A program made the position numbers and the translations under genes. Below the pieces are notes generated by a model. The model was not told where the DNA came from. It saw only the letters and a list, made by a program, of their open reading frames with translations, and did not search any database. This document shows, piece after piece, positions 9,539 through 19,181 of a DNA stretch of 64,000 nt (position 1 is the stretch's first letter; the number at the start of each line of letters is the position of its first letter). The DNA is taken from the NCBI GenBank assembly GCA_013152415.1, contig JAADGI010000019.1, positions 65,592 through 129,591 of the forward strand. Reading direction: 5' to 3'. This DNA comes from Gammaproteobacteria bacterium. Lineage in GTDB: Bacteria; Pseudomonadota; Gammaproteobacteria; HyVt-429.

Positions 9539-10312
9539 CTAATTGATTACAGACCCTATTCGCTTCCAATTAACACCCCCCCCATTCGCATAGTCCCAAC
9601 TAAACCACACAAAGAAGGCCTTGCCCACAACAAGCCCATCATCCACATAACCCCAGTAGCGACTATCGTTGCTGTGATCACGGTTATCCCCCATTACAAA
9701 ATATTGACCCGCCGGGACCACGAACTCCATTCGAGGCTGTTCTACGCGTTGATCATGCAGCATGGCATGGCCGGTGTCGTTCAGGTATTCAATTTTACGT
9801 TGAGTGCTAATGCTACGCTGTCCACTATCCGATATTGCATACCCGCCATCTTCCTTTTGTTTGACAAGATTGCCATTAATGTACAGCGTTTTATTTTCAT
9901 AGACAATACGATCCCCAGACAACCCCACTACGCGTTTGATATAGTTTATTGATGGGTTATGTGGATAACGAAACACCATCACATCACCACGCTGTGGCGT
10001 ACTGACATCAACTAATTTTAGATTGAGTATGGGCAGACGAATGCCATATTTATATTTATTAACCAGAATAAAATCACCTATGAGCAAGCTGGGCAACATC
10101 GACCCAGATGGGATTCGGAAGGGCTCTACCAGAAAGGAGCGCAGCAAGAATACGATCAGGATGACGGGAAAAAATGCGCGTGCATACTCCACCAACAGTG
10201 GCTCTTTGGTGCTATGTGAGGGTTTGCGTTTTGCCGCCCAAATACCCCACAACCCAATAACTCCGGTCACCACCAGGGCAATAAACATTACCATTGAGAA
10301 ATCAATATTCAC
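9539..10312 (-). CDS. lepB: Signal peptidase I
   Basis: The SPase box B motif SGSMLPSL and box D motif GDNRDHSNDSRYWG are present. Confidence 0.95.
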   Translation of the reverse strand: MNIDFSMVMFIALVVTGVIGLWGIWAAKRKPSHSTKEPLLVEYARAFFPVILIVFLLRSFLVEPFRIPSGSMLPSLLIGDFILVNKYKYGIRLPILNLKLVDVSTPQRGDVMVFRYPHNPSINYIKRVVGLSGDRIVYENKTLYINGNLVKQKEDGGYAISDSGQRSISTQRKIEYLNDTGHAMLHDQRVEQPRMEFVVPAGQYFVMGDNRDHSNDSRYWGYVDDGLVVGKAFFVWFSWDYANGGGVNWKRIGSVIN

Positions 10313-12118
10313 CTATTCTCCTTTTATGCTCAACACCGCCAGAAAGGCTTCTTGAGGAATCTCTACTGAACCAATTTGTTTCATACGTTTTTTGCCAGCT
10401 TTCTGCTTTTCCAATAATTTTCGCTTCCGGGTAATATCACCACCATAACATTTTGCCGTAACATTCTTGCGCAGTGCCTTTACGGTTTCTCTGGCAATAA
10501 TCTTAGCACCTACCGCAGCCTGAATCGCCACATCAAACATTTGCCTGGGTATCAGCCCACGCATAGTCTTAACCAATTCACGCCCTCTGAAATGACTGGA
10601 ATCTCGATGAACAATCACCGACAACGGACCTACCCGCTCACCGTTGATTAACACATCTAAGCGACACATGTCAGATTCCCTAAATTCCAGGAATTCATAG
10701 TCCAGGGAGGCGTAACCGCGACTGATCGATTTCAGGCGATCATAGAAGTCTAATACGACTTCGGAATTGGGTATCTCGAATATTAGCATGACTTGGCGAC
10801 CGTGATATTGAATATCTCGCTGTACGCCCCTTTTTTCTATACACAATGAGATAATAGGCCCCACATAGTCTTGCGGACTCAGTATACGGGCCAGGATAAT
10901 AGGCTCCTGAATGGCCTCAATTTCGCCCACCTCGGGTAGCCGTGCGGGGTTATCAATCGTAACTAAATTTCCCTTGTGGGTTAATACCTTGAAGACTACG
11001 GTGGGTGCCGTGGTAATCAAATCAATGTTGTACTCTCGCTCCAAACGCTCTTGAATGATTTCCATGTGCAAGGTACCCAGGAAACCACAACGAAACCCGA
11101 AGCCCAAGGCCTGCGAGGATTCCGCTTCATATTGGAGCGAGGCGTCATTGAGGCTCAATTTTTGTAAGGCATCACGAAAGGCATCATAGTCTGCGGCATT
11201 GATGGGAAAAAGCCCGGCGAAGACCTGTGGTTTGACATCGACAAAACCGGGCAATGCTTGTTTGGCCGGTTTTTGGACATGGGTTACCGTATCACCCACC
11301 CGTGCCGCCTTGATGTCTTTCACTCCGGCAACAAGATAGCCCACCTCACCTGCAAACAGGGCCTCACGTTGAATCTTTTTGGGAGTAAAAACCCCTATCT
11401 GCTCTACTCGATAATCCTGGTTGGCCGCCATCATACGGATACGATCTTTTGTCCTTAAGGTCCCCTCCATAATGCGCACCAAAGAGACCGTGCCTAAATA
11501 ATTATCGAACCATGAATCTACAATAAGGGCTTGCAAAGGTGCCTCGGGGTCTCCCAAAGGAGGGGGTAATAATTCAACAATAGATTCCAGTAAATCCTCG
11601 ACCCCCAGACCGGTCTTGGCGCTGACACGCAGTGCCTGTGAACTGTCGATCCCTATTACATCCTCAATTTCCTGGGAGGCTAACTCCGGGTCCGCTGCGG
11701 GCAGGTCAATTTTATTCAAAACCGGTATCACCTCCAGGCCCAGATCAATAGCAGTGTAGCAATTGGCCACTGTTTGCGCCTCTACACCCTGGGCGGCATC
11801 AACCACCAATATTGCCCCTTCGCAGGCAGTGAGTGACCTGGATACTTCGTATGAGAAATCGACATGGCCTGGGGTATCAATAAGATTTAACTGATACTGC
11901 TGCCCGTCTTTAGAGCGATAAGCCAAACAGACGCTCTGGGCCTTGATCGTAATACCCCGTTCCTTTTCCAGATCCATGGAATCCAATACCTGGGCATTCA
12001 TCTCACGCACACTCAGACCACCACAGTGCTGGATAAAGCGATCTGCCAGGGTGGACTTGCCATGATCGATATGGGCGATAATGGAAAAATTTCGGATGTA
12101 CTGACGATCCAGGTTCAT
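10313..12118 (-). CDS. lepA: Elongation factor 4 (LepA)
   Basis: The N-terminus is [20 protein letters not shown]. The protein aligns over its full length with LepA-type translational GTPases. Confidence 0.95.
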   Translation of the reverse strand: MNLDRQYIRNFSIIAHIDHGKSTLADRFIQHCGGLSVREMNAQVLDSMDLEKERGITIKAQSVCLAYRSKDGQQYQLNLIDTPGHVDFSYEVSRSLTACEGAILVVDAAQGVEAQTVANCYTAIDLGLEVIPVLNKIDLPAADPELASQEIEDVIGIDSSQALRVSAKTGLGVEDLLESIVELLPPPLGDPEAPLQALIVDSWFDNYLGTVSLVRIMEGTLRTKDRIRMMAANQDYRVEQIGVFTPKKIQREALFAGEVGYLVAGVKDIKAARVGDTVTHVQKPAKQALPGFVDVKPQVFAGLFPINAADYDAFRDALQKLSLNDASLQYEAESSQALGFGFRCGFLGTLHMEIIQERLEREYNIDLITTAPTVVFKVLTHKGNLVTIDNPARLPEVGEIEAIQEPIILARILSPQDYVGPIISLCIEKRGVQRDIQYHGRQVMLIFEIPNSEVVLDFYDRLKSISRGYASLDYEFLEFRESDMCRLDVLINGERVGPLSVIVHRDSSHFRGRELVKTMRGLIPRQMFDVAIQAAVGAKIIARETVKALRKNVTAKCYGGDITRKRKLLEKQKAGKKRMKQIGSVEIPQEAFLAVLSIKGE

Positions 12119-12163
12119 GGCACCAATCTGTTGTTACCCAGCACTACCTGTGGGGTGTAAAAT

Positions 12164-12193
12164 TACAAAGAAAAAGGGTGCCTGCCGGCACCC
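12164..12193 (-). terminator. Rho-independent terminator downstream of mucD/degP
   Basis: On the minus strand: stem GGGTGCC, loop, GGCACCC (plus-strand coordinates 12176-12193), followed by TTTTTCTTTG. Confidence 0.65.
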
Positions 12194-12271
12194 ATTCCCG
12201 TTACGTCCAGGACGTCTTATAGCCTAAATGTGCATCAAGGAGAAGCGGATTCAAGCGTAATCGACTGGGGT

Positions 12272-13687
12272 CTATGAATCCGGCACTTTCAACACCAAAA
12301 ACATCGAACCTGCCTGTCTTTTTACCAAAATAGGCAAGGTGGCGCCGGGCTTAGCCGCCTTGATGATCTTGGTAAATTCCTGAGTCGAGCTTACCCGTTT
12401 TTTATCGACCTGCAAAATAATATCTTGTTCACGAATATCGGCTTGACGTGCCGGCCCTTGATTGACAATCACAACTAACAATCCATGATCCACGCCACGT
12501 TCCTTCATCTCCTTTTTGCTAAGCCCACGTAAACGCATGCCCATAAGGGCCTTATCACCACCTTGGGTACGTGAGGAAACACGCGACTCAAGTTCCTCGG
12601 TCTTGGGTAGCCTACCAATAACCACACTCAATGTCCTGGTCTTGCCATCTCGTATCACCTTGATGCTGGACTTAGCGCCCACCGTAGCGCGACCAACCAG
12701 GGGAGGCAGGTCTGAAGATTGGCGCACAGCTTGGCCATCAAACTCAATGATTACATCTCCCACGACCAGGGACGACTTGGACGCCGGGCTATCATCGAGA
12801 ATTGCCGCAACAAGAGCCCCGTAGGGTTTATCCATACCAAAACTCTTTGCAAGCTCACGGGTAACATTCTGTATCGTGACTCCCAACCAACCTCGTATCA
12901 CCTGTCCATGCTCTTTTAATTGATCAGCGACGCGCATAGCCAAATCAATAGGTACCGCAAAAGACAGTCCCATGAAACCACCCGTACGACTATAAATCTG
13001 GGCATTTATACCCACAACCTGGCCCTTGAGATTAAATAGTGGTCCCCCCGAATTACCAGGGTTGATTGCCACATCTGTTTGAATAAAGGGCACGTAGGTT
13101 TCGTTAGGCAAGCTTCGACCTTTGGCGGACACAATACCGGCCGTGGCCGAATTATCAAACCCGAAAGGTGAGCCAATGGCCAGCACCCACTCTCCCACCT
13201 GCAATTTAGAGGGGTCACCCACATTCAATGTAGGTAGATTCTTTGCCTCTATCTTCAACACCGCCACATCGCTTCGCTTGTCGGCACCCACAATCTTGGC
13301 TTCATATTCTTCTCGGTTGGTGAGACGAACAATGATTTCGCTGGCGTTATCGATAACATGGGCCGAAGTCAAAATATAACCGTCGGCAGAAATAATGAAC
13401 CCCGAACCCAAAGACTGAACATTATATTGTTGGGGAGTGCCATCAAAATAGTGCTTGAAAAAATCCCGAAATGGACTATTTTCGGGCAAATTGGGAATCT
13501 GCAAACCTTGCGGCAAGGGTGACCGCTTTATCTTTTGAGTCGTACTGATATTGACAACTGCGGTCCCATTTTTCTTTACTAATTCGGAAAAATTCGGAAG
13601 CTCAAAGAGTGCAGCCTGTAACGGTACAGCCACACACAGAAAAACCACACCAAAAGTAAAACTGATTAAACGCCTCATACTGAACAC
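12272..13687 (-). CDS. mucD: Periplasmic serine endoprotease DegP/MucD (HtrA family)
   Basis: It has a signal peptide, the trypsin-fold catalytic motif GNSGGPLFN, and two C-terminal PDZ-like regions. Confidence 0.9.
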   Translation of the reverse strand: MFSMRRLISFTFGVVFLCVAVPLQAALFELPNFSELVKKNGTAVVNISTTQKIKRSPLPQGLQIPNLPENSPFRDFFKHYFDGTPQQYNVQSLGSGFIISADGYILTSAHVIDNASEIIVRLTNREEYEAKIVGADKRSDVAVLKIEAKNLPTLNVGDPSKLQVGEWVLAIGSPFGFDNSATAGIVSAKGRSLPNETYVPFIQTDVAINPGNSGGPLFNLKGQVVGINAQIYSRTGGFMGLSFAVPIDLAMRVADQLKEHGQVIRGWLGVTIQNVTRELAKSFGMDKPYGALVAAILDDSPASKSSLVVGDVIIEFDGQAVRQSSDLPPLVGRATVGAKSSIKVIRDGKTRTLSVVIGRLPKTEELESRVSSRTQGGDKALMGMRLRGLSKKEMKERGVDHGLLVVIVNQGPARQADIREQDIILQVDKKRVSSTQEFTKIIKAAKPGATLPILVKRQAGSMFLVLKVPDS

Positions 13688-13876
13688 CTATTTCCTATCC
13701 AAAGTAATAACAACTCAATATATGGGCACTTCTTGTTCGCTAATCAAGAGTTTCTCACTGCCCTTCACTGAGGGCTCCTTTTTTCGGCAACCTTGAAGAT
13801 ATTTGTCGAGGGCCCGCAGGGAGGAGAAGAATGCATACTCAGCTCTATGCCCTCTGCACAAACAACCGGAAGTTCT

Positions 13877-14842
13877 CTAATTCTTATGCACCACGGCACG
13901 ACCAATATAGTCTACCGTGACCGCCGGAACCTCACCAACAGCAGTAATTTGGTAACCATCCAGCACCCTACCAAAGGCATTAACCGCACCCATATGACTC
14001 AATCCAAGCATGGGTTGGGTGTCTCCCGGTTGGAGTTTTTCGATAAACACTGAAACGGCCGAAATACCGTCCGAATAGACAAGATGTTCCAGTGGTACTT
14101 TCTTGACAGGCTGAAGCCGAGAGGTCTTACTGGTCAATCGATATCCCTTAGGTAATTTCTGTGCGACCCACCCGCTTAGTGAGCTGGCCGACGGTGGTTT
14201 TTTCTCATCGCCGTGCCACACAAGGTTGGCCTTGGGAGTGACAGGCATAAATTGCGTATTATCTATTTTTGATTTTACTGTGATATGGGTAAACATATAT
14301 TGCTCAATAGCACGTCCTTTCTGACCCACAAGATCCACTTTGAGTAAGAGCCCATGCTCGGTATCTATCCAAAACCGATACCCGTAACGAAATTCATCCT
14401 TGGGTTTAACAACGAGGAGCTGTACAGGCCTGCCAGCAATCCGATCTTGTGATCCCAGATTTAAGTCGTAACTTTCCTTGAGCATATCAATACGCTCAGC
14501 CAGTACGGCAGGAAACCCCGAGGTACTGGCCCTCCTATATTCATGAACTCCCATTTTCCGGTTGGGGAGATAACACCAAACCTGATCTTTATCACGAATA
14601 ATTTCCCGGGCTTCACCATTTAGTGAAAACAGGCGTTCACGGTGCACACCCTTAACCAACTCATGAGCAACCTGCATGGTTTCAATGCGGTTATCATGCA
14701 GATACACAAAGATACCTTCATAGCTCACTGTTTTCGCAGCATGATGCATACGCATCAGCCACGACTGTGCTGTATCACCGGCGATGGCTGTGCTGGTGCT
14801 AAAAACTCCCAGCACAGCAGCAAATAAAACGTCTTTAAACAC
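13877..14842 (-). CDS. mucB: Sigma-E regulatory protein RseB/MucB
   Basis: It has a signal peptide followed by SWLMRMHHAAKTVSYEGIFVY, the RseB N-terminal motif. It lies immediately downstream of rseA. Confidence 0.85.
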   Translation of the reverse strand: MFKDVLFAAVLGVFSTSTAIAGDTAQSWLMRMHHAAKTVSYEGIFVYLHDNRIETMQVAHELVKGVHRERLFSLNGEAREIIRDKDQVWCYLPNRKMGVHEYRRASTSGFPAVLAERIDMLKESYDLNLGSQDRIAGRPVQLLVVKPKDEFRYGYRFWIDTEHGLLLKVDLVGQKGRAIEQYMFTHITVKSKIDNTQFMPVTPKANLVWHGDEKKPPSASSLSGWVAQKLPKGYRLTSKTSRLQPVKKVPLEHLVYSDGISAVSVFIEKLQPGDTQPMLGLSHMGAVNAFGRVLDGYQITAVGEVPAVTVDYIGRAVVHKN

Positions 14843-14848
14843 GGAAGT

Positions 14849-15412
14849 CTATGGTGCGGTATCGTAGCTGACAAACTTGGCGTAAGTGCTCAGCCCATTC
14901 ATCCCTGACATTGAAGTGAATTCACCATGCTCTACCAGATAAACATTCAACTTGTTCTCCATATCGGGTGACAGGGTATTCCAACGCGTTGCATCCGGGT
15001 AATCTGCATCGACATTCGTATTGGGAATGCTGACACCTGCAACCTGGCTTACGCTTGTAGGTGGTGTCCATTCAAACTGTTGCGCCACAAAGATTGCCAC
15101 CGTTGCTACCGAGGCAGCAACAGCCAAACCAATAACCGGCTTGAGGAATCGGTGTGCCGCCAGGCTGCGCAAACGGCCCGGTGCGAGACAGGTGGGTTCC
15201 TTTTCAATCTGCGCACGCACACGATCAACCCATTGTGGGTCACCCGAAACCCACAAATCATTTCTGATAACGGCGCCAATAATTTGGTAACGGTGCCATG
15301 TCTGACGTGCAGACTCGTCCGTTTTCAGTTGATTCATCACCCTATCGAACTCTGCAGAATTATATTCCGAGTCCACTACAGCTGATATGTTTTCTTCACT
15401 CACCTGAATCAC
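14849..15412 (-). CDS. mucA: Anti-sigma-E factor RseA/MucA
   Basis: The N-terminal sigma-E-binding domain (SARQTWHRYQIIGAVIR) and a central TM helix are present. It lies 6 bp downstream of rpoE. Confidence 0.8.
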   Translation of the reverse strand: MIQVSEENISAVVDSEYNSAEFDRVMNQLKTDESARQTWHRYQIIGAVIRNDLWVSGDPQWVDRVRAQIEKEPTCLAPGRLRSLAAHRFLKPVIGLAVAASVATVAIFVAQQFEWTPPTSVSQVAGVSIPNTNVDADYPDATRWNTLSPDMENKLNVYLVEHGEFTSMSGMNGLSTYAKFVSYDTAP

Positions 15413-15418
15413 CCATTC

Positions 15419-15994
15419 TTAATCAATTAACGGCCTCAAGGCCCTGTCGATAGCTTCCCGTGCGCGAAATATTCTTGATCGCACCGTACCTATTGGACAA
15501 TCCATTGCTTTGGAAATTTCCTCGTAACTCAAACCGTCCAACTCCCTTAAAGTAATCGCTGTCCGCAGATCCTCTGGCAAGGCATTGATTGCCGTAGATA
15601 CGGCATCGGCAATCTCCCGGCTCAAGGCCAAATTTTCGGGCGTCGCATTCTCGCGTATAGCGCCGCCACGCTCTGTTTGTTCGGCATCCTGGGCCTCAAT
15701 ATCGGTACTCGGCGGTCTACGTCCCAAGGCAACCAGGTGGTTCTTAGATGTATTTACCGCGATCCGGTAGAGCCAGGTATAAAATGCACTGTCGCCTCGG
15801 AATGACCCAATAGCCCGATAGGCCTTAATGAAGACTTCTTGGGTAATATCAGAAACTTCTGCATGATCGTAAACATACCTGGAAACCAGATTAGCGACCT
15901 TGTGCTGATATTTACCCACAAGCAGGTCAAAGGCAGATTTCTCACCCTGCTGCACCCGCTGCACCAGATCAAGATCAATATGTCGCTCGGCCAT
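15419..15994 (-). CDS. rpoE: ECF sigma factor sigma-E (RpoE/AlgU)
   Basis: DLVQRVQQGEKSAFDLLVGKYQHKV...LRELDGLSYEEIS covers the region 2 and region 4 motifs of sigma-24. Confidence 0.95.
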   Translation of the reverse strand: MAERHIDLDLVQRVQQGEKSAFDLLVGKYQHKVANLVSRYVYDHAEVSDITQEVFIKAYRAIGSFRGDSAFYTWLYRIAVNTSKNHLVALGRRPPSTDIEAQDAEQTERGGAIRENATPENLALSREIADAVSTAINALPEDLRTAITLRELDGLSYEEISKAMDCPIGTVRSRIFRAREAIDRALRPLID

Positions 15995-16034
15995 ATCAGC
16001 CTATATCCCGGGCATGCCGAACAACAACAAACCG

Positions 16035-16075
16035 ATGTTCATAAAAGACCTCAAAAAGCACAGAAAGTTCGCCAA
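16035..16075 (-). promoter_or_regulatory. Candidate sigma-E-type autoregulated promoter upstream of rpoE
   Basis: The minus strand reads GAACTT-16 nt-TCTTT, compared with the consensus GGAACTT-N16-TCTRA. This is an eye match only. Confidence 0.3.
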
Positions 16076-16207
16076 ATCCACCAGGATTACTTATTATTCT
16101 ACGGATGTTCCATCGCCTCTTAAACAGGCAGCGGTCAAACGACGCAATGCCCCAGTGCGTCCTATGATAACCCAATCTATCAGTTCACGCTTAATCTGCA
16201 CAATTAA

Positions 16208-17845
16208 ATGACTTCGCAACACACTACAGGGACCCTCATTGTAGGCGCCGGCCTGGCGGGTCTATCGCTTGCCTTAAGGCTGGCGAATCATATGCCGGTG
16301 ACCTTACTGGCCAAAAAAGAACTGACTGAAGGCGCAAGTCTCTACGCCCAAGGCGGAATCGCCGCAGTATTGGCCGAAGATGATTCCTGCATGGCCCATT
16401 GCCAGGACACCCTGAATGCCGGTGCAGGTCTGTGCCGCCCCGACGTGGTGGAGCACGTCATTAGCCGAGGTCCCAGGGCAATACGGTGGCTGGAGGATCA
16501 AGGTGTCCAGTTTAGCCCTGCTCACAGTGGCTTGGTGAGCCACCACCTCACCCAGGAGGGTGGCCACAGCCACCGCAGGGTGGTCCATGCCCAGGATGCT
16601 ACCGGACGTATGATCTCCACAACCCTGGAGGCACAGGTCCGCAGCCATCCCCAAATCAGTGTATTGGAACACCACATCGCCATCGATTTGATCACCAATG
16701 AACGCCTCCAACCCCACCAAGCCCGACGTTGCCTGGGACTCTATGCCCTGGATAAGCAGACCGCTAATATCATCAGCCTGTCCGCCAACACCGTCGTACT
16801 CGCCACCGGCGGTGCCTCCAAGGCCTACCTCTACACCAGCAATCCCGACACCTCCACTGGCGATGGTATCGCCATGGCCTGGCGGGCTGGATGCCGGGTG
16901 GCGAATATGGAATTCGTGCAGTTTCACCCCACCTGCGTCTACCACCCCGAGGCAAAATCATTTCTGATTTCTGAAGCCGTCCGGGGTGAGGGGGGCAAAT
17001 TGGTATTGCCCGATGGCTCTGCCTTCATGCACCACCATGACCCCAGGGAAGAACTGGCACCGCGGGATATCGTCGCCCGCGCCATCGACTATGAAATGAA
17101 AAAGGGGGGCTATGACTCAGTATTTCTGGATATCAGCCACAAGCCCGCAGAATCAATCAAGTCTGCGTTTCCGACAATCTATGAACGCTGCCTTGGCTTT
17201 GGTTTTGATATGACCCGCCAAGCCATCCCCGTGGTCCCTGCCGCCCACTACAGTTGTGGTGGTGTGGTCACCGATATGAGTGGCCGTTGCGACCTTCCGG
17301 GCCTGTACACCATCGGTGAAAGTGCCTGCACCGGACTGCATGGTGCCAATCGATTGGCGAGCAATTCCCTGTTGGAATGCCTGGTGTTTGCCGAGTCGGC
17401 AGCGGAGGATATCCTCCGCCAGGGCCCGCTAAAAACAACCCGGCCTGAACTCAGTATCCCCGCCTGGGACGCCAGCCGGGTAGTGGACCCGGATGAACAA
17501 ATCGTGGTGTCACACAACTGGAACGAGCTACGACACTTTATGTGGGACTATGTCGGCATCGTTCGCACCAACAAACGCCTGGAACGGGCCGCCCGCAGGG
17601 CCCAGCTATTGAGCGCCGAGATCCAAGACTATTACAGCAGCTTCATTATCCATAACGACCTGATCGAATTACGCAATCTTTTGGTAGTAGCCGATTTGAC
17701 TATACAAAGTGCACGCCTGCGCCAGGAAAGCCGGGGATTACACTACACACTCGACTACCCACAAACCGATTCACAACACCCACCGCAAGATACCGTGCTC
17801 ACACCTGCCAGTCCCATTGATTCAAGCTGGCGCACAAACGCCTGA
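16208..17845 (+). CDS. nadB: L-aspartate oxidase
   Basis: The FAD-binding motif IVGAGLAGLSLAL is present. It aligns over its full length with fumarate-reductase-family flavoproteins. It is divergent from rpoE, as in E. coli. Confidence 0.9.
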   Translation: MTSQHTTGTLIVGAGLAGLSLALRLANHMPVTLLAKKELTEGASLYAQGGIAAVLAEDDSCMAHCQDTLNAGAGLCRPDVVEHVISRGPRAIRWLEDQGVQFSPAHSGLVSHHLTQEGGHSHRRVVHAQDATGRMISTTLEAQVRSHPQISVLEHHIAIDLITNERLQPHQARRCLGLYALDKQTANIISLSANTVVLATGGASKAYLYTSNPDTSTGDGIAMAWRAGCRVANMEFVQFHPTCVYHPEAKSFLISEAVRGEGGKLVLPDGSAFMHHHDPREELAPRDIVARAIDYEMKKGGYDSVFLDISHKPAESIKSAFPTIYERCLGFGFDMTRQAIPVVPAAHYSCGGVVTDMSGRCDLPGLYTIGESACTGLHGANRLASNSLLECLVFAESAAEDILRQGPLKTTRPELSIPAWDASRVVDPDEQIVVSHNWNELRHFMWDYVGIVRTNKRLERAARRAQLLSAEIQDYYSSFIIHNDLIELRNLLVVADLTIQSARLRQESRGLHYTLDYPQTDSQHPPQDTVLTPASPIDSSWRTNA

Positions 17846-18254
17846 AGCTTTCCGCCGATGTGGCGTCGGACGGAATAAGCAAATACCCAAGCCCACGACC
17901 CCCGGGTCGACCCAGGCTAAGCCTCACCCATTGGCTTTGGACGATGGCCCGCAGCAACCGCAAATGCTGCTGCGACCCGTCACGGCGCATCAAAATCACA
18001 CCGTGGTCACCGAGTTTGAGGGTATGTATCGCCTGGTGTCCAAAGACCGGCACCAGGGCTGCGGTACAAAGTATCGTTACCGCACTCAGACCCAGCCCCT
18101 GCCACAATATATTTAGCGGCAGAAATAACAGTATGAGTAGCGCCCCCAAACCCGCTACAAGTACGCCAAGTACCAAGATGGGTGAGGGCCTAAGCGTCAG
18201 CTGAATTGAAATGTTGCAATTGTTCGACAATATCCTTGACGTCCTTGTCGGCAT
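17799..18254 (-). CDS. ygfX: YgfX/CptA-like inner-membrane protein (DUF1434)
   Basis: It has two TM helices followed by LMRRDGSQQHLRLL...LIPSDATSAESFRRL. Both topology and position (directly after sdhE) match E. coli YgfX. The start overlaps the sdhE 3' end. Confidence 0.55.
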   Translation of the reverse strand: MPTRTSRILSNNCNISIQLTLRPSPILVLGVLVAGLGALLILLFLPLNILWQGLGLSAVTILCTAALVPVFGHQAIHTLKLGDHGVILMRRDGSQQHLRLLRAIVQSQWVRLSLGRPGGRGLGYLLIPSDATSAESFRRLCASLNQWDWQV

Positions 18255-18453
18255 TATCAGGGTGGGTACTCAGCCATTCCAGTAGCGATTGATCGGGATA
18301 ATCGAGCAACCGGGTAAACATCTGTTGCTGCTGGGAATCAAGGGCCTGGAAACGCTGCTCAAAAAACCCCTGCAACATAATATCCAGCTCCAGCATTCCG
18401 CGCCGGCATCGCCATTTGATTCGGCGTAATTCCGTTGGATCGGGGCTGCTCAT
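18190..18453 (-). CDS. sdhE: Succinate dehydrogenase FAD-assembly factor SdhE (YgfY/CptB)
   Basis: LRRIKWRCRRGMLELDIMLQGFF contains the SdhE RGxxE motif. The protein is 87 aa. Confidence 0.85.
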   Translation of the reverse strand: MSSPDPTELRRIKWRCRRGMLELDIMLQGFFEQRFQALDSQQQQMFTRLLDYPDQSLLEWLSTHPDNADKDVKDIVEQLQHFNSADA

Positions 18454-19151
18454 CCAGTCCGCTTGATCATTCTAAGTTTGATCTTACCGATGGCACGGGT
18501 GGGATTGAGGCTCTTGGGACAGACATCAGCACAATTCATGATCGTATGACAGCGAAATAAACGGTATGGATCTTCAAGGGCATCCAATCGTTGACCGCTG
18601 GCTTGATCACGGCTGTCGGCCAGAAACCGGTAGGCCTGAAGCAAGGCGGCCGGCCCCATAAAACGATCAGGGTTCCACCAAAAGGAAGGACATGCGGTAG
18701 AACAACAAGCGCATAAAAGGCATTCATATAACCCATCCAGCTCCTCCCGTTCCTCGGGGGACTGTAAACGCTCGATTTCGGGGACGGGGTCATGATTGAC
18801 TAGCCAGGGCTTCACCGCCCGGTATTGATTATAAAATTGGGTGAGATCCACAATCAGATCACGTATTACCGGCATCCCCGGTAAAGGCCTCAATACTACA
18901 GGTTCGGATAGATCCTTGATGGGGGTAATACAGGCCAAGCCATTACGCCCATTGATATTCATGGCGTCGGAACCACACACCCCCTCACCACAGGAACGTC
19001 GAAAGCTCAGGGAGTCATCCTGACTCTTGAGGGCAATCAATACGTCCAGGAGCATCCCGGAACCACTGTCTACTGGAGGATCGACCTCAAAGTCTTCCAT
19101 ATAAGGTTTTTTGTCCTCATCCGGGTTGTAACGATAGATCTTTAACTTCAT
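18450..19151 (-). CDS. sdhB: Succinate dehydrogenase iron-sulfur subunit
   Basis: Three Cys clusters are present: CGEGVCGSDAMNINGRNGLAC, CLLCACCSTACP and CHTIMNCADVCP. Confidence 0.95.
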   Translation of the reverse strand: MKLKIYRYNPDEDKKPYMEDFEVDPPVDSGSGMLLDVLIALKSQDDSLSFRRSCGEGVCGSDAMNINGRNGLACITPIKDLSEPVVLRPLPGMPVIRDLIVDLTQFYNQYRAVKPWLVNHDPVPEIERLQSPEEREELDGLYECLLCACCSTACPSFWWNPDRFMGPAALLQAYRFLADSRDQASGQRLDALEDPYRLFRCHTIMNCADVCPKSLNPTRAIGKIKLRMIKRTG

Positions 19152-19181
19152 GGTCTATCCTCTGTCATCTCCATCTACCAC

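Noticed and set aside
13688-13876. Search for a mucC/rseC gene or a clear sigma-E promoter in the mucB-mucD spacer
   Set aside because: No ORF is present. Only a partial GAACTTCC match to the -35 element was found, and no convincing -10 element at the right spacing could be confirmed by eye.
16304-16945. 213-aa ORF on the - strand inside nadB
   Set aside because: It is antisense to a well-supported nadB and has low-complexity Gly/Ala-rich composition.
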